64,000 bases of DNA from Longimicrobiales bacterium (GTDB lineage: Bacteria; Gemmatimonadota; Gemmatimonadetes; Longimicrobiales; Gaopeijiaceae). The translations under genes were made by a program, and so were the position numbers. Below the pieces are notes generated by a model. The model was not told where the DNA came from. It worked only from the letters and a program-made list of their open reading frames with translations, and did no database searches. Positions 19,363-28,520 of the stretch are shown piece after piece. How positions within the stretch are numbered: the first letter of the stretch is position 1; the number at the start of each line of letters is the position of its first letter. The stretch spans positions 1-64,000 of the forward strand of contig CBDBCF010000001.1 of NCBI GenBank assembly GCA_965202985.1. Reading direction: 5' to 3'.

Positions 19363-21252
19363 CTAGGAGCTCCGGGAGGGGTCGGGCCGCTGGCCGGGAA
19401 GCGGCGGGACGGAGTGCGGGGCTCCGCCGACCGCGGGCGGGCGCCCTTGCGCTTGCGAAGGCTCGCTGGGCTCCCTGTGCATCTCCTCGGGCGCGGTCAC
19501 GCCGAGAACATTCAGGCCGTTGCGAAGCACGATCGCGGCGGCCGTCGCCAGCGCCATGCGCGCGGCGCTCAACATGGGGTCGCTTGTCAGGGCGGCCATC
19601 TCGGGGTTCCGGGAGGGGTGCCCGGTTTGGTACCACGAGTTCACCAGCCCCGCGGTCTTTTCCAGGTATCCGCACAGGACTTGGGGCGCGCGCTGGGCCG
19701 CCGCCCGCGCCACGAAGTCCGGGAACTCGCCGAGATGACCGGCCAGTTCGCGTTCGGCAGGGGCGCACAGGAGCGACAGGTCCGGCTCCGGTTCGACGGC
19801 CGCACGCGAGTTCGCGGCGCGAGGACCCTTGTCGGAGGCGGCGGCGGAGTTCTTTCGCGAATCGGCCAACCTACCGAGCCTGCACAGGCGGGCGTGGGCG
19901 TACTGGACCTTGTACACCGGGTTCTGGTCGGACTGGTCCAAGGCCACGTCCAAGTCGAAGGTCAGGTGGGCCTCCGGTCGGCGCATCAGGAAGAAGTAGC
20001 GCGCCACGTCGACGCCCGTTTCCGCCACGAGCTCGGCCAGCGTGGTGTACGACCCGACCCGCTTGGAGAAGCGAACCTCTTCGCCCCCGCGCTCCACGGT
20101 GACCATCTGATGCAAGACGTATTCGGGGTAGCCCTCGGGACGTCCCAAAGCCTGCAAGCCGGCCCGAACCCGGTCCACGGTGCTGTGGTGGTCCGAGCCC
20201 TGCACGTTGACCACGTGGTGGAAGCCCCGCTCCCACTTGGACATGTGGTAGGCCACGTCCGGCAAGAAGTAGGTGGGCGATCCGTCGCGCTTGACCATGA
20301 CCCGGTCCTTCTGGTCGCCGAAGCGAGTCGTGCGAAGCCACGCGGCCCCGTCCTTGCGGTAGGCCAGCCCGGTCTCGTCCAAGGCCCGGATGGTGTCGGC
20401 CACCCGACCGTCTTCGTACAGCCGGGTCTCGGGGTAGAACTCGTCGAAGCGAACGCCGAACTCGTCCAGGTCCCTCTCCTGCTCCCGGCGAAGACGGGCG
20501 ACCGCGAACAGACGCATCGCGTCCAGCGACGGCAGGCTCGAGTCGGCCGGATCGGTGTCGGCCCGTCCAGTTTCGGCGGACTTGGCTTCGTTGGCGTCGT
20601 CGGGCACGCGGGCTCCCCCCTCGCCGTCGCCGGACTCCGCAATCAGGGCCTTGGCGATCTCGGTCACGTACGCCCCGCGATAGCCGCCTTCGGGCACCGG
20701 CTCGTCGCCCCCCAGCGCCTGGATGCACCGCGCCCGGACGCTTTCTGCCAAGCGGTCCATCTGCTTGCCGGCGTCGTTGAAGTAGAACTCCCGGTGCACG
20801 TCCCAGCCCGTCCATTCCAGCAGGTTGGCGATGGCGTCTCCCAGCGCGGCCTGGCGCCCGTGGCCCAGGTGCAGCGGTCCGGTCGGATTGGCGGAGACGA
20901 ACTCGACCATGATCCGACGGCCGCGCCCTTCGTCCGCCCGCCCGTAGTCCCCGTCCTCGACCAGAATGCGGCGGAGGGCGTCGCCGACCTCTCCCGCGCC
21001 CAGCCGGAAGTTGAGAAAGCCCGGCCCGGCCACCTCGACCCGATCCACGCCCTCCAGCGTCCCCAGCCGCTCGGCCAACTCTTGGGCGATCTGCCGCGGC
21101 GGGCGGCGGAGCCGGGAGGCCAGCGCCAACGCCACGTTCGACGCCCAGTCCCCGTGGGTCGGGTCCTTGGGACGCTCCATGCGGAACGCCGCGTCGTCCG
21201 CACCCATCGTCTCGGCGGCCGCCCGGATCGCCTGGGCAATCCGCTCCTCCAT
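19363..21252 (-). CDS. argS: Arginine--tRNA ligase
   Basis: HGDWASNVA, VAGPGFLN, EFVSANPTGPLHLGHGR, FSKR and QYAHAR motifs. Confidence 0.95.
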   Translation of the reverse strand: MEERIAQAIRAAAETMGADDAAFRMERPKDPTHGDWASNVALALASRLRRPPRQIAQELAERLGTLEGVDRVEVAGPGFLNFRLGAGEVGDALRRILVEDGDYGRADEGRGRRIMVEFVSANPTGPLHLGHGRQAALGDAIANLLEWTGWDVHREFYFNDAGKQMDRLAESVRARCIQALGGDEPVPEGGYRGAYVTEIAKALIAESGDGEGGARVPDDANEAKSAETGRADTDPADSSLPSLDAMRLFAVARLRREQERDLDEFGVRFDEFYPETRLYEDGRVADTIRALDETGLAYRKDGAAWLRTTRFGDQKDRVMVKRDGSPTYFLPDVAYHMSKWERGFHHVVNVQGSDHHSTVDRVRAGLQALGRPEGYPEYVLHQMVTVERGGEEVRFSKRVGSYTTLAELVAETGVDVARYFFLMRRPEAHLTFDLDVALDQSDQNPVYKVQYAHARLCRLGRLADSRKNSAAASDKGPRAANSRAAVEPEPDLSLLCAPAERELAGHLGEFPDFVARAAAQRAPQVLCGYLEKTAGLVNSWYQTGHPSRNPEMAALTSDPMLSAARMALATAAAIVLRNGLNVLGVTAPEEMHREPSEPSQAQGRPPAVGGAPHSVPPLPGQRPDPSRSS

Positions 21253-21260
21253 CGGCACGC

Positions 21261-21656
21261 TCAACCGGAGCCCGAATCCGAGCCGCCGGCGCCTGTCCCG
21301 GAGCCCTTCGAGCCCCTGCCGGCACCCTTGGACGCCTTGCCCGCGTCCCCCACGCCCTTGCCCGCGCCGTCCTTGCTGGGCCGGTCCTTTCCGCCTCCGT
21401 CCTTGTCCGCGCCGCCCCCTGCGTCCTTCTCCTTCTTGTCCCCGCCTTCCCGCTTGGCCTTCTCCTTGTAGGCGTCGGAACGATAGTCCGTGATGTAGAA
21501 GCCTTCCCCCCTGAAGAGAAGGCCCCCGCCCGCGGAGATCAGCCGCTCGGCGGCCTTGCCGCAGTCGGGACACGGCGCGCCGGGCGGATCACTCATCCGC
21601 TGGAACAGCTCGAAATCCCGGCCGCACGCGGGACACCGGTACTCGTAGGTGGGCAT
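21261..21656 (-). CDS. FmdB-family zinc-ribbon protein with a low-complexity G/K/D tail
   Basis: MPTYEYRC..CG...CP.CG...FRGEGFYITDY. Confidence 0.88.
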   Translation of the reverse strand: MPTYEYRCPACGRDFELFQRMSDPPGAPCPDCGKAAERLISAGGGLLFRGEGFYITDYRSDAYKEKAKREGGDKKEKDAGGGADKDGGGKDRPSKDGAGKGVGDAGKASKGAGRGSKGSGTGAGGSDSGSG

Positions 21657-22859
21657 GGTGGGGCGGCGAATTGCTGGGGCGGGGGTTGCCTCGTGTCGAG
21701 GATAAACCTAACGTTAAGCGGCCCGCAATGAGCGGCTGGCCAGAAGGGGGAGGCCAATGACGAGAACGCGAGGAGAATAATGTGGCCCGTGACCTAGGCG
21801 CGGTCGAATGTCCGCCCACCGGCCTGCAGGGCCGCCCCGCCGCAGCGCAAGCTGTGCTCGATTCCTGCGCGACGGACACCGCAGACTCCGTTTTCCGCCG
21901 ATTTTTGCCGCAAATCGGCCGCTCTCGAGCCGCTTCTGCGCCTCTTGGGGCCGCTTCAAGCCCAATTCCGCGAATTCCGTGCGTTCGCGCCGTCGAGAGC
22001 CCGGTAAACGCCCGTGTCCCGCCAAGTTCCGTCGCGCACGCGCCACAACCGTTTATCCACAGGCTGCTAGCATGACGAACAAGCCGCCGTCTTTGGCTTC
22101 CGCCTGGCGCTACGCGGTGCCGTTGCTGTCCATTTTAGCTGTGCTTCTTGTTCTGGAAGTCGTTTTTGCTTTACTTCCGGTTCGCGACTTCGAGTACCGT
22201 GCGCCTCTGGACGAGAATCCGGTCGTGCGATACCAGCCGTTGCGGCAGTTCACTTGGTCGCGAGGTTGGAACTTTGAAGTCGTCAACCAAGTTCGAATCA
22301 ACAATTATGGATTCGTCAGCAATTACGACTACATCCCAGATGAAACGACTCCGTTGACGGCGGTGATCGGAGACAGCTTTGTGGAGGCCTTCATGTTACC
22401 GTATGGCGAGACGTGCGCCGGGCGGTTGGCCGATCATATGGCACCCGCCGGCCGCGTTTATTCCTTCGGCCTTGGGGGTGCCCCGTTGAGTCAGTACCTG
22501 CAGTACGCACAGTACGCGCAAGAGACTTTTCGTCCACATGCAATGGTGTTCATTATTATTGCCAACGACTTCCACGAAAGCTGGCTCAAATACTCGTCGG
22601 GCGCTCCGCTTCTTTATTTCGAAGAAAGCGACATGGGCGAACCGCACCTGGTTCAACCCTTCTGGGAACCAAAGATTTGGAAGCAAGTTCTAAAAAAGTC
22701 GAACCTGTTCAAATATATTTTTCTGAACTTGGACTATGGAAACAAGTATCAAATATGGAAGACGGGGAAAGTGCCCCTCTCCCCGGATGTTCTGCACCAG
22801 TCGGCCAGCTTGCGGCCGGACTTGGCTGAAGAATCGCGTCGCGCCATCGACCATTTTTT

Positions 22860-24253
22860 GGCTCTTCGCTTAACCTAGTGGGTTCGCGGTTGGGCAGGGT
22901 GCTGAGCATCGCTTGTCGAGGAAGGCGGGACGAGGGGTCTACGGGGTCACCGGCGGGCGGTGCGGGGCGAGAGGTCGAGGCCGCCGAGGTGGAAGAGGAT
23001 GGCGGTGACGAAGCGGTCGTAGTTGCGGAAGCCGCGGCTGCGGGCCTTGACCATCTGGATCCTGCTGTTGATGCTCTCGGCCGGGCCGTTGGTCGCTCGC
23101 AGCACGACGGCGTTGAGTATGCCCCACAGGTGGGCGCCGACCATCTCGGCGACCTTGTGAACGGGCGCGAGCCCGCAGCCCGACGCCCATTGCAGCCAGT
23201 GCAGCCAGGCGTTCTCGGCCGAGCCCCGGAGCTTGTAGTCCCACAGCTTCGATGCCGCCTCCTTCACCGCCCAGGCGCGGGCGGTCCGGTCCACGTTCTT
23301 GCGCAGCGCCGCGAACGCCAGCTTCTCGGCGTGACTCATCTTGCCGCGTCCAGTCAGCCACCGGTAGCGCGTCCTCGCGAGCACGGCGCTGCCCTGCGCC
23401 AGCAGCTCGCGGTGCTCGGCGCGCCGCACCTTGTCCACCGCGTCCGCCAGGTGCTTGGCCACGTGGAAGCGGTCGAACGCCGTCTTCAGCTCCGCGCCCG
23501 GCACCCACTCCCCCGTCGCCGCCACGTAGGGACCCCACATGTCCATCGACACGCTCTCCAACCCGGCCAGCCAGCCGCCGTCCCTGCTCCGGTAGAACTG
23601 CGCCAGCGACTCTCGGGTCCGACCCTTCGCCACGTGCAGCACGCGCCCCGTGTCCGTGTCCGACACGATCGTCGCGTACCGGTGTCCGCGCTTGACCGAC
23701 GTCTCGTCCACCGCCAGCCGCCGGACCGGCTCCGCCTTCCGGCGCTCGAGCCCCCGGCGCACCGCCCGCTCCATGATGCCGCTCACAGCGTTCCAGCTCA
23801 TCCTCATGCGCTTCGACACCCCCAGGATGCTGGCCTCGCCGAGCCACGCCGTCACCTCCTCCTCGAACGCCGCCGTGTACCTCGACTTGTCCGCCGCCCA
23901 GGGCATCGATGCCGTCCGCACCCCGTGCTCCGGACACTCGACCCGAGGCAGGTCGCAGACCACGAACGTCTTGTAGCCCCAAGCGTCCAGGTGCCGCCAC
24001 TCCCGCTCCCGAGCGTCGTATCCCGGACACGGCCGGCCGCACTCGGGACACGTCAACGGCTCGCCCGTCCGCCTCGCCACGCGCACCCGCGCCTCCATCA
24101 GCACCGGGTCCTCCTCGACCCCCTTCACCTCCCAGCCCGGCCCCAACGCCATCAAGCTCTCCACCCACTTCCGCATCTCCATCCTCGCCTCCTCGGTTCA
24201 TGGTCCATGTCGCCCCTTGATCCTACACAGCCCACACCATATGGGGAAGCGCC
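22860..24253 (-). mobile_element. ISL3-family insertion sequence with 8-bp target-site duplication CATTTTTT
   Basis: Imperfect terminal IRs GGCTCTTCGC...GTGGG and GGCGCTTCCC...GTGGG; CATTTTTT at 22852-22859 and 24254-24261. Confidence 0.92.
22947..24182 (-). CDS. ISL3-family transposase (apparently intact)
   Basis: Zn finger CPECG...CPEHG; VDETS, SMDMW.PY, FDRFHV and TNGPAESINSRIQ motifs. Confidence 0.93.
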   Translation of the reverse strand: MEMRKWVESLMALGPGWEVKGVEEDPVLMEARVRVARRTGEPLTCPECGRPCPGYDAREREWRHLDAWGYKTFVVCDLPRVECPEHGVRTASMPWAADKSRYTAAFEEEVTAWLGEASILGVSKRMRMSWNAVSGIMERAVRRGLERRKAEPVRRLAVDETSVKRGHRYATIVSDTDTGRVLHVAKGRTRESLAQFYRSRDGGWLAGLESVSMDMWGPYVAATGEWVPGAELKTAFDRFHVAKHLADAVDKVRRAEHRELLAQGSAVLARTRYRWLTGRGKMSHAEKLAFAALRKNVDRTARAWAVKEAASKLWDYKLRGSAENAWLHWLQWASGCGLAPVHKVAEMVGAHLWGILNAVVLRATNGPAESINSRIQMVKARSRGFRNYDRFVTAILFHLGGLDLSPRTARR

Positions 24254-24592
24254 CATTTTTTTAGTCTGTTGCCGACGATGGCGGGCTTGGCGCCTCCGCA
24301 GATCACCTTTGTCGTGGACGGTCCCCGGTTCGTTCTCTACGGCGAAGAAGCGGAGTACAACCAAGACAGTCATCGAGCCCTTAACCGACAGTATTTTATG
24401 GCGGTTTCTAGGCGCCTCGGCTACGAAACCTTGGACATGTTTCCCGTGTTCTCCGATCACTGGAATACGAACCGGGCTCGCTTCGACTGGTATCCAAAGG
24501 ATACCCATTGGAACGCCCTCGGTCATAGCCTTTGCTTCGAAGCCTTGGTCAAGTCGACACGGGTAGACGATAGGTCTGTCACCTCGCATTAG

Positions 24593-25748
24593 CCCGAAGT
24601 TCCGGAGTCTCTAATGCTGTAAGTCTTTGCGTGGTGGCGAAATAGATCATGCTGGGGTTGTACGCTACTGGGTACGTCGGCTCATGGCTTGACGCCGAGG
24701 AGTCGGAAGGCGCGGTCCTGAACCAGCGTGGGAACGGTGAGCACGTCCACGGCCGCGGCTCCCTTGGGCTGGACGCGGTTGCGGGCCAGCGTGCCCAAGT
24801 CCTCGAGCAGGGTCTGGAAGCTGTGGACGGGCAAGCCGTCGGAGGTGCGCTTCCGACCGCTGGCCTTGGCCCGGGCCGCGGGCGACGACCGCGCGAGCGC
24901 CACGGAGACGGTCGCGCCTCGGCGGCGGTCGCCGCTTCGTGGTCGTCGAAGAGCATGGGAGCCAGCGCGCGGCGCATGTGCCACTCGACGTAGTAGGCGA
25001 GCATGCACAGGAACACGCGAATGCCCTCGCTTCACCAGCGGACAGCGACGGCCCTCGAAGTACAACGACGTCACGTCGCACAGCACCAGCGAGCCGTCCT
25101 GCAGGCGCCTCCGCGCCAGTCCGCGCTCGATCCCCTCCTGCCTCGCCAGCAGCCAGTCCATCGCCCAGTACAGCTCGTCGGCGTCCGCGTCCTCGACATC
25201 CAACTCCTCGGCCAGCGTGCTGGTCAGCGTCTCGCGGCCCAAGCCCCGAGCCGTCGCCAGCTTCGAGCCGGGGTCCAGTATGCGCGCCAGCGCCATTGGC
25301 GGCGGCCAGCGACCGGTTCCTCGAGGGCTTGCGGTCCAGCAGCCGTTCGAAACCCAGCTTGCGGGCGGTGCCGACGACGGCTGCGACGTGGCCGTGAGGA
25401 CGCGAGCGCTCGATGCGGAAGACGTCGTCGATCGACGGCAGCGCGACGCCGCCCTTGAGCAGGACGCGGAGCCCCTCGACGAGCTCGTCGGGCCAGCGGG
25501 AAAGGTTGGCCAGCGTCTGCTTGCGCACCTTGCCGCCTTCGCGGTAGGAGCGCCGCAACAAGACGGCGGGCGGCGAGTTCCGGTTGGGCACGCGTTCGAT
25601 GTACATGACCGTAGCTCAGAACGAAATCATGTCAACTCCATCCAAGACCATTACATGGGTACATACGGACAACGGCGGAAAACCCGTAAGTCATTCAAAT
25701 GCAACGACTTACGACGCTAGAACCGGCAAATTCCTGCGGAACTTCGGA
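24593..25748 (-). mobile_element. Decayed IS1634-family element
   Basis: Terminal IRs CCCGAAGTTCCG (24593) and CGGAACTTCGGA (ends 25748), flanked by TTAG and CTAG; contains transposase remnants. Confidence 0.8.
24682..25606 (-). pseudogene. IS1634-family transposase pseudogene (frameshifts and a large internal deletion)
   Basis: MYIERVPNRNSPPAVLLRRSYREGGKV, DVTSLYFEG..CPL..GHSR and FLCMLAYYVEWHMR lie in different frames. The GHSR region joins directly to the C-terminal region near 25015. Confidence 0.85.
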
Positions 25749-26043
25749 CTAGCGGCCGATATGGCGATCCGCTGTCTGCATACCGGAATGCTTTCCCGGT
25801 ACACACCAGGCGAAATCAAGAAGAAGATGGAGAGTCGTCATGCGGCAAGCGCCAGTCGGCACTCGGAAAACCGACGAGATGGAGACGGCCCATGAACGTT
25901 GCGATCGTACCCTGAGGCGAATTGAGCCGTTCGTCTCCCCGAAGCGAGAAGAAGCTTCCGTGAAGGTTGGCAGATGGCGGCGAGCCGTCGACTAGCCCAA
26001 CGATTCCAGCGAGCGATACCGGTTCAAGTTCTACAAGCGGTAG

Positions 26044-27114
26044 TCAGTAGCCCGCGGACTTGTTCACGAGGTTTCGCAGCGGTTCGCCGCGGGCGAAGCG
26101 GGCGATGTTGTCGGCGATCAGGTCCGCTTCGCGCTCCCAGAAGCGTCGCGTGGTGGCGGAGACGTGGGGGGTGACGAGGACGAGGGGGTGGTGGTAGAAC
26201 GGGTGGCCTGGGGGGAGCGGTTCCGCGTGGAAGACGTCGAGGGCCGCGCCGCGCAGGTGGTCCGCGTCTAGGGCTTCGAGCAGCGCACCTTCGTCGAGGA
26301 CCCGGCCTCGGGCGACATTGACGAGCACGGCGCCGCGCTTCATGGAGAAGATGCGCCGGCGGTCGATCAGGTTCCTTGTGCGAGGGGTCTCCGGGACGGC
26401 CAGCACCACGTAGTCGGATTGCTCGAGGACGCGGGCCAGCCCTTTGGGGCCGGTCTCGACCTCGGTGCCCGTCTCGACCTTGGGGGCGGGTTCCACCTCG
26501 GGGGCCGGCGCATCGGGCGGCGCGGGGCTTCCGGTCCGGCGGACGGCAACAACCCGGCTGCCCAGGCACGACGCGCGGCGCGCCACTTCGCGGCCTACGC
26601 CGCCGTAGCCCACGATGCCGACGGTGCTTTCGGCCAGCTCGGCCACTGGCGAATCCGCGGCCCAGAACGCCTCCGCGCCCCAGCGGCCCTCTTGCTGGGC
26701 GCGCACCGCCAAGTCGAGGCCCCGCGCGAAGTAGAGCAGCATCGCGACGACGGACTCGGCCATGGGCGGGCCGTGGACGCCGGCGGAGTTGGTGAAGAGG
26801 ACGTCCCGTTCGAGCATGGCGGCGCCCAGCGACGACCCGACGCCGGCGGCGGCCGAGTGCACCCACTCCAACCGTCGGCCCGCCTCCAGCACTTGTGCGG
26901 GGATGCCGTAGCCCATGTACACGCGGGCGTCGGCCACGGCGCGCAACAGCTCGGGGGTCGCGCGCAACGCCCCGTCGCCGGAGCCGTCGGCGGGCGTCTC
27001 CAAAAAGGCCACGGACCAAGCCGACGGCGCCGCGCTCCGTATCCTGTCCCGCGCCCAACCGGGCAGCGACCAGACGGGCCGCCGGTCTTGCAGATCGACC
27101 ACCAGTGTCGGCAC
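26044..27114 (-). CDS. D-2-hydroxyacid dehydrogenase
   Basis: WVHSAAAGV, GIVGYGGVG, LVNVARG, AALDVF..EPL and TPHVS motifs; start may be 27114 or 27138. Confidence 0.9.
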   Translation of the reverse strand: MPTLVVDLQDRRPVWSLPGWARDRIRSAAPSAWSVAFLETPADGSGDGALRATPELLRAVADARVYMGYGIPAQVLEAGRRLEWVHSAAAGVGSSLGAAMLERDVLFTNSAGVHGPPMAESVVAMLLYFARGLDLAVRAQQEGRWGAEAFWAADSPVAELAESTVGIVGYGGVGREVARRASCLGSRVVAVRRTGSPAPPDAPAPEVEPAPKVETGTEVETGPKGLARVLEQSDYVVLAVPETPRTRNLIDRRRIFSMKRGAVLVNVARGRVLDEGALLEALDADHLRGAALDVFHAEPLPPGHPFYHHPLVLVTPHVSATTRRFWEREADLIADNIARFARGEPLRNLVNKSAGY

Positions 27115-27127
27115 GGAGGCGTCCGGC

Positions 27128-28441
27128 CTACGGCGCAAGCCTGTTCAAGGTGCGCGGGAACGGAACCAGCTCGCGGATGTGACGGCGCCCCGCGATCCAG
27201 CCCACCGTGCGCTCCACGCCCAGCCCGAACCCCGAGTGCGGGAAGGTTCCGTAGCGTCGCAGGTCCAGGTACCAGCCGTAGGCGTCCTCGGGCAGGTCCT
27301 CTTCGCGGATGCGCGCCAGCAGGCGGTCGTGGTCGTCTTCGCGCTGGCTGCCGCCGATGATCTCGCCGTAGCCTTCGGGTGCCAGCAGGTCGTTGCACAA
27401 CACGGTGCGCGGGTCGTCCGGGTTCTCCTTCATGTAGAAAGCCTTGGCCCGCTTGGGGTAGTCGTGCACGAAGACGGGCTTGTCGAACCAGCCGGAGATC
27501 GTGGTTTCCTCCACCGCGCCCAAGTCCTTGCCCCACTCGAAGGGACGACCTTGGCCGTTCAAGCGCTCGACCGCCTCGGTGTAGCTGACGCGGGGGAACG
27601 GAGGCGCGATCGCCTCCAGCCGCGACGGGTCGCGCCCCAGCGTCTCCAGCTCGGCCGCGCAACGGTCGAGGGCGCTGGCCGCCACGTGCGCGATCAACGC
27701 TTCCTGGAGCGCCATGTTGTCGTCCGAATCTGCGAACGCCACTTCGGGCTCCACCATCCAGAACTCGGTCAGGTGGCGGCGCGTCTTGGACTTTTCGGCG
27801 CGGAAGGTGGGGCCGAAGCAGTAGACCTTGCCGAACGCCGGGCACGCGCACTCGGCGTAGAGCTGGCCCGTTTGCGCAAGGAAGGCGCGCTGGCCGAAGT
27901 AGTCGGTCTCGAAGAGGGTGCCCGCGGACTCGCCGATCGCGCCGGTCAGGATCGGCGTGTCGATGCGCACGAAGTCGTTCTTGTGCAAGAAGTCGTGGAT
28001 GGCGTGCTCGACCTCGGCGCGAAGGCGCAGGCCGGCGCGCTGCAGACTGGACCGCAACCACAGGTGACGGTGGTCCAGCAGGAACTCGGCGCCGTGCTCC
28101 TTGGGCTGGATCGGGTAGTCCTGGCTGGCGCCGATCAAGCGGACGGCCGACACGCCCAGCTCGTAGCCGCCGGGCGAGCGCGGTTCGGCGCGGACCTCGC
28201 CTTCCAGGGCGACGCAGCTTTCCTGGGACAGCGCCGCGACCAGCGCCCAAGTCTCGTCGGGCACCTGGGCCTTGAGGACGACGCCCTGTACCGAGCCCGT
28301 CCCGTCGCGCAACACCACGAACGCGACCTTGCCGTGAATGCGGAGCGCCTCCACCCAGCCCGAAACGCAGACGACTTGGCCCTCCAGGCCGGACAGGTCC
28401 CGCACGAGGGCGGCCGCGGCGCCTCCGTTCTGCGATTGCAC
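27128..28441 (-). CDS. asnS: Asparagine--tRNA ligase
   Basis: LRDGTG, RHLWLRS, GPTFRAEKSKTRRHLTEFWMVEPE, GEIIGGSQRE and PHSGFGLG motifs; GGAGGAG SD before GTG at 28441. Confidence 0.95.
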   Translation of the reverse strand: MQSQNGGAAAALVRDLSGLEGQVVCVSGWVEALRIHGKVAFVVLRDGTGSVQGVVLKAQVPDETWALVAALSQESCVALEGEVRAEPRSPGGYELGVSAVRLIGASQDYPIQPKEHGAEFLLDHRHLWLRSSLQRAGLRLRAEVEHAIHDFLHKNDFVRIDTPILTGAIGESAGTLFETDYFGQRAFLAQTGQLYAECACPAFGKVYCFGPTFRAEKSKTRRHLTEFWMVEPEVAFADSDDNMALQEALIAHVAASALDRCAAELETLGRDPSRLEAIAPPFPRVSYTEAVERLNGQGRPFEWGKDLGAVEETTISGWFDKPVFVHDYPKRAKAFYMKENPDDPRTVLCNDLLAPEGYGEIIGGSQREDDHDRLLARIREEDLPEDAYGWYLDLRRYGTFPHSGFGLGVERTVGWIAGRRHIRELVPFPRTLNRLAP

Positions 28442-28520
28442 TACCGAGCGCTCCTCCGAAGGGTGGTCGCTTGCGTCGGCCGAAGCTTCGGCCTGCGGCC
28501 AAAGGTTGTCAACGGCGCGG

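Larger units (their letters stand above)
22072..24592 (+). pseudogene. SGNH/GDSL hydrolase (AlgX/AlgJ-like), membrane-anchored, interrupted by ISL3
   Basis: N-terminal TM segment and VIGDSFVEA lie in 22072-22859. Removing the IS and one TSD copy restores the frame (...IDHF|FSLLPTMAG...) through KDTHWN to TAG at 24592, giving ~372 aa. Visibly more AT-rich than the flanks. Confidence 0.85.

Noticed and set aside
22053..22061. Replication origin
   Set aside because: Only one DnaA box was seen, with no box cluster, AT-rich unwinding element or dnaA/dnaN nearby.
25753..26043. Small gene or ncRNA downstream of IS1634
   Set aside because: Only short fragments are present, with no recognisable motif or convincing structure; likely island remnant.
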